Source of the DNA: Trichlorobacter lovleyi SZ
GTDB lineage: Bacteria; Desulfobacterota; Desulfuromonadia; Geobacterales; Pseudopelobacteraceae
Direction of reading: 5' to 3'
Length of the DNA stretch: 32,000 nucleotides
Assembly (NCBI RefSeq): GCF_000020385.1
Contig: NC_010814.1
Coordinates: 1,290,001-1,322,000 of the forward strand
The notes under the pieces are model-generated. The model was not told where the DNA came from. It made no database searches and worked only from the letters and a program-made list of their open reading frames with translations. Below are positions 28,600-32,000 of the stretch, one piece after another (the first letter of the stretch is position 1; every line of letters begins with the position of its first letter). A program made the position numbers and the translations under genes.

Positions 28600-29199
28600 A
28601 TGAGTGCTACAAACACTGAAATAGCGGATGAACAGCAACTGCTGGCTGCCTGCCGCAACGGTGATACCCATGCCTTTGAACAGTTGGTGCTGCGCTATCA
28701 GCGTGGCCTGTATAATGTCGCTTTCAGGATCAGTGGTAACGAGGCTGATGCGGCAGAGATTGTTCAGGAAACCTTTCTGGCTGCCTGGCGCAAAATCAAG
28801 GCGTTTCGAGGTGAAGCCAGACTCTCCACCTGGCTGACCAGTATCGCGGTAAACCAGGCCCGCACCCGTTGGCAGCAGAATCGACAGAAGCGTAGTCGTG
28901 AGGAATCCCTTGATGCATCTGCCGAAGAAAAGCAGGGGGCGCCTTTGCAGATCGCTTCGGAACAACCTTCGGCACTTGAACTGCTGGAACGTTCGGTATT
29001 GAGGGGGCTGCTGGAGCGCTGTATCAGGGCGCTGGACCAGGGGTTTCGAGAAGTGCTGGTGCTGCGTGATATGCGGGAGATGCCCTATGACGAAATGGGG
29101 CAGGTGCTGGGATTGCGGGAAGGAACCGTGAAGTCCCGCCTGTTTCGGGCCCGTGAGGCGGTCAGGGACTGTGTAACCAAAGGTATGGCACAACCATGA
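28600..29199 (+). CDS. ECF-family RNA polymerase sigma factor (sigma-24/RpoE-like)
   Basis: Region 2 (FEQLVLRYQRGLYNVAFRISGNEADAAEIVQETFLAAW) and region 4 (REVLVLRDMREMPYDEMGQVLGLREGTVKSRLFRAREAV). The start at 28600 is inferred from the promoter position. Upstream in-frame starts at 28513, 28555 and 28588 are possible if transcription reads through from copB. Confidence 0.85.
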   Translation: MSATNTEIADEQQLLAACRNGDTHAFEQLVLRYQRGLYNVAFRISGNEADAAEIVQETFLAAWRKIKAFRGEARLSTWLTSIAVNQARTRWQQNRQKRSREESLDASAEEKQGAPLQIASEQPSALELLERSVLRGLLERCIRALDQGFREVLVLRDMREMPYDEMGQVLGLREGTVKSRLFRAREAVRDCVTKGMAQP

Positions 29200-30191
29200 A
29201 GAGTCACGAAGAGCTACGCAGTATGCTTCCGGCCATGGCTGGAGGAGATCTGGTGAAAACAGAGCTGGCACTGCTTGAACAACACCTGGCTGAATGTCGG
29301 GAATGCCGTGCAGAGCTGGCTGAACTGCAGTTGGTGCTGCAGGCGATGCGTGAAACACCTGAGCTGGAACCTCCGCCCTGGCTGGCAACCCGCATCATGG
29401 CGCAGGTCCGGGAAGAGGCTGCCTCCCGTACAGGGTGGTTTGCCCGTCTGTTTCTGCCGCTGCAGATTAAGCTGCCTTTGGAAGCCTTGGCCTTGGTGAT
29501 GATCTGTGCCACTGTCTGGTATGTTGTGCAGGATGTTGAGCGATCGCAACAGCGGCCTCAGATTCCACCGGCAGCTGAGGCCCCGGCAGCTGCCCCTGCC
29601 AGAGAGGCTGACAGAGGGACTGAACTGCAAGCTCCCCCCACACCTGACCCTTCTATGCCGGCAGTCCCGAAGGCAGAACCCCCATCATCTGCTGCTCAGG
29701 TAAGACCGGAGGCTCAGAGGACACAAGCTGCCCCGGCCTTTGCACCGCCACCACAGAAAGTGCCTGAGCCTGTTGAGCAAATGGAACGAGCCAAGTCAGC
29801 TTCAGAGTCCGTACCTGCCCCTTCAGCTGTCAGCCGTGAACAACGTGCCGGTAGTCCGTTGCCCTCGGCAGATCGTGCCATGGCTGCCAAACGCAAGGCT
29901 GAAAGCAGCGGCAGTGCTGCTGGTGTAACCGGTATGCAACCGCAGCGGTTGCGGCTGGTGGTTGATGATCAGACCACGATTGCAGAGACACTTGAAGTCA
30001 TTGTGCCGCGTCTAGGGGGGACTATCCTGGAGCGCCGTACCGGTAGTGCCAGGGTACGGATTCCGGAGGATCGTCTGCCTGAGCTGGTGGAACAGCTTGC
30101 GCGATCAGGGCGGATAGCAGAGCGTCCTGTCATGGATACAACCGGTGATAAGATGCTGGAACTGCTGATAATCTGGCAGGTTGTAAAATAA
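29196..30191 (+). CDS. Anti-sigma factor (zf-HC2 type) with one TM helix and a Pro/Ala-rich periplasmic region
   Basis: ATGA overlap with the sigma gene. H-x3-C-x2-C motif (HLAECRECR), TM LPLEALALVMICATVWYVV, then a low-complexity Pro/Ala region and a small C-terminal domain. Confidence 0.8.
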   Translation: MKSHEELRSMLPAMAGGDLVKTELALLEQHLAECRECRAELAELQLVLQAMRETPELEPPPWLATRIMAQVREEAASRTGWFARLFLPLQIKLPLEALALVMICATVWYVVQDVERSQQRPQIPPAAEAPAAAPAREADRGTELQAPPTPDPSMPAVPKAEPPSSAAQVRPEAQRTQAAPAFAPPPQKVPEPVEQMERAKSASESVPAPSAVSREQRAGSPLPSADRAMAAKRKAESSGSAAGVTGMQPQRLRLVVDDQTTIAETLEVIVPRLGGTILERRTGSARVRIPEDRLPELVEQLARSGRIAERPVMDTTGDKMLELLIIWQVVK

Positions 30192-30203
30192 ATATTTTTT
30201 TGG

Positions 30204-30232
30204 GGAACTTTTTACTGACTGCTCCTGTCTAA
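30204..30232 (+). promoter_or_regulatory. Second ECF (sigmaE-type) promoter
   Basis: GGAACTT (30204-30210), a 17-nt spacer, then TCTAA (30228-30232), about 50 nt upstream of the 30283 start codon. Confidence 0.6.
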
Positions 30233-30282
30233 CGGTGCAAAGGCTTAACGCAAAAGCCAATCACCCACAACGGGAGGAAGTC

Positions 30283-31107
30283 ATGAAAACAATCGTAACC
30301 GTTATTCTGGCAGTCATGATCAGCACAGTTCAGGTCTGGGCAGGCAGCATCGGCGACAGTGTCGAAGTTAGAGTACTGTCGGAATCCGGTTCAGAATTGC
30401 CGTTTTATCCGGTCTCTGCACGCTATCCAGCCAAAAAGGTGTACGCAGAAGCGGTAAAGGGAGATCACTACAGGATTGTGGTCCGCAACAAGCTGAACCG
30501 CCGGGTAGGGGTGGTGATTGCGGTGGATGGCCGCAACATTGTCTCCGGCCAGAAGTCCTGGCTGAAAAACAACGAACGGATGTACATCCTGGAACCGTAC
30601 GAGCGTTATGAGTATGCCGGCTGGCGCACCGGGCAGGACCGGATCAACCGTTTCTACTTTTCCGAGGTGCCTGACTCCTACGCTGCCTCCTTTGGTGATC
30701 AAAGTGCCATGGGGGTAATCGCTGTGGCGGTTTACCCGGAAGTGCAGCGTTATGAACTGCCGGTGCAGTATCGCAGCCAACACTCCGGTTCTGGAGCACC
30801 GGCAGCAGAGGCACCAGCTCCTTCAGCAGCATCTGAGCGTAAAAGATCTGCTGCTGCCCCGGCAGCAAAGGCGGAAATGATGGAGAGATCCGCAGGTACC
30901 GGCTATGGCAGGAGTGAGTATTCACCGTCCCAGGTTGTGGCCTTTGAGCCGGAACGCCGCTCTGTGGAAAATCTGTACATCAAGTACGAATGGCGCAGCA
31001 CGCTTTGTAAACGGGGTATCATCAGTTGTGACCGGCCCTATCCCAAGGGCCAGAACCGGTTGTGGGATAACGGTGGCTATGCACCGCCGCCGTACGGGCG
31101 GGAGTAG
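30283..31107 (+). CDS. Exported protein of unknown function, predicted ECF-regulon member
   Basis: GGGAGGAAG RBS and signal peptide MKTIVTVILAVMISTVQVWA|GS. A beta-rich N-terminal domain, an Ala/Pro-rich linker and a Cys-containing C-terminal tail. Vague similarity to DUF4384-like beta domains, unverified. Confidence 0.7.
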   Translation: MKTIVTVILAVMISTVQVWAGSIGDSVEVRVLSESGSELPFYPVSARYPAKKVYAEAVKGDHYRIVVRNKLNRRVGVVIAVDGRNIVSGQKSWLKNNERMYILEPYERYEYAGWRTGQDRINRFYFSEVPDSYAASFGDQSAMGVIAVAVYPEVQRYELPVQYRSQHSGSGAPAAEAPAPSAASERKRSAAAPAAKAEMMERSAGTGYGRSEYSPSQVVAFEPERRSVENLYIKYEWRSTLCKRGIISCDRPYPKGQNRLWDNGGYAPPPYGRE

Positions 31108-31112
31108 CCCGG

Positions 31113-31964
31113 CTACCTGCCTGCCAGTTGCGGTGATGCAATTGTCCCGCTGATCGGCAGGGTGTAACTGCCCGGTGCTGTCTGATAGAGCATCATCAGC
31201 AGGAAGATGGATTTCTGCCGTTCCAGGAATTCAGCGGTCGGCATCAGTTGCAGGCTGAGGTTGAGCGGGGCGTTGGGGGCGATACTGGTGGTGCCGGTCA
31301 GGCGCAGGTAGATGCCGTCACCCTGCATTGCCAGGCTGTCAACGGTGATGCGGGGGCCGCTGGTGGTCACCAGTCCCCGCGCCTCCTGCACCGTCAGATC
31401 AGGCAGCGACATGCCGGCAACACTGGCACCCTTGAGCCCCAGAGCCGTTATCTGCAGTTTGGCGGTCCCGGCAAGGATACCGGTCTGTTGGGTGGTGAAG
31501 TCGAGATCCAGCCGTGCCGTGCCGCGCAGCTGCCCCCCCAGTTTTGAGGTAAGCAGAGGGATGCTGCCCAGTTCCAGCCCCGCAATACGGATGGTTCCCG
31601 ACCGTTTTTTAAGCGGGTAGATGCTGAATGAGCCGTGCAGCGAACCGGAACCGCTCCGGCCGCTCACGCTCAGCCTGACTCTGCCGGTCAGCAGCGGGAG
31701 CAGCTGCAGACGCAGACGGAACTGCTCAACGGTAAGCCACGCCCCGTTTCCATCGCCGATGGTCAGCCGGTCTGCCGCCAGTGCAAAGGGGAGGGCCGTT
31801 CGCAGGTTTTTGGCCTGCAGTGTGAGTCCGTGCGGTTCCAGCTGTTCGCGGAGTGCCTGATCAAGGGAGCGATCGGAAATAAACCAGACCGCCAGCATCA
31901 TGACCAGTACCAGGCCTGCCAGGGCGGCGGCAAAGCCGCCTATGAGGCGCAGGAAAAGGTTCAT
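31113..31964 (-). CDS. gspN: Type II secretion system protein N (GspN)-like
   Basis: N-terminal TM anchor (GGFAAALAGLVLVMMLAVWF), then repetitive beta-rich sequence with G.L.L...L.L patterns as in GspN. The start overlaps (ATGA) the stop of an upstream minus-strand gene. Confidence 0.45.
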   Translation of the reverse strand: MNLFLRLIGGFAAALAGLVLVMMLAVWFISDRSLDQALREQLEPHGLTLQAKNLRTALPFALAADRLTIGDGNGAWLTVEQFRLRLQLLPLLTGRVRLSVSGRSGSGSLHGSFSIYPLKKRSGTIRIAGLELGSIPLLTSKLGGQLRGTARLDLDFTTQQTGILAGTAKLQITALGLKGASVAGMSLPDLTVQEARGLVTTSGPRITVDSLAMQGDGIYLRLTGTTSIAPNAPLNLSLQLMPTAEFLERQKSIFLLMMLYQTAPGSYTLPISGTIASPQLAGR

Positions 31965-32000
31965 CGACGCTCTGCCGGTGCCGGTCGCAGCAGGCCAACG
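31961..32000 (-). CDS. C-terminal end of an upstream minus-strand gene (possibly gspM), truncated by the window edge
   Basis: The reading frame ...VGLLRPAPAERR-stop ends at TGA 31961-31963, overlapping the gspN ATG. Too short to identify. Confidence 0.3.
   Translation of the reverse strand, partial: VGLLRPAPAERR

Noticed and set aside
28516-29388. A 290-aa minus-strand ORF opposite the ECF sigma/anti-sigma genes
   Set aside because: The forward frames carry clear sigma region 2/4 and zf-HC2 motifs. The reverse ORF crosses the gene boundary.

Overview
The window looks like ordinary bacterial chromosome at roughly 55-60% GC. Gene content suggests a Gram-negative, Geobacter/Desulfuromonadales-like organism, but that is inference only. 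I saw no CRISPR array, transposase, integrase or rRNA. Recognisable housekeeping genes are an Rrf2 regulator (partial), tatC, rnr, tRNA-Cys, yebC, msrA-ruvC-ruvA, trmJ, a SemiSWEET, lemA, a TPM-domain gene, maeB and a ROK glucokinase. A copA-copB copper-resistance pair is followed by an ECF sigma/anti-sigma pair, and the right edge carries the end of a type II secretion cluster (gspN). The most unusual content is a tightly packed minus-strand gene string (6908-16929). Its distal 8 kb encodes LemA, a TPM protein and six exported proteins or lipoproteins. Three of these are tandem paralogs with a strongly conserved core and a near-invariant C-terminal tail. I can only loosely relate them to FlgT/LPP20/TolB-N/CsgG-like envelope modules, and no flagellar genes are nearby. 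This is my best candidate for an undescribed envelope-associated system. Other notable points follow. Two paralogous cytoplasmic proteins flank a large TPR/acidic protein. Two near-identical sigmaE-type promoter motifs define a small ECF regulon, and one of them implies a leaderless sigma-factor mRNA. An SLH-like lipoprotein sits next to an LPP20-like protein. Several long antisense ORFs in the track are shadow ORFs and were rejected.
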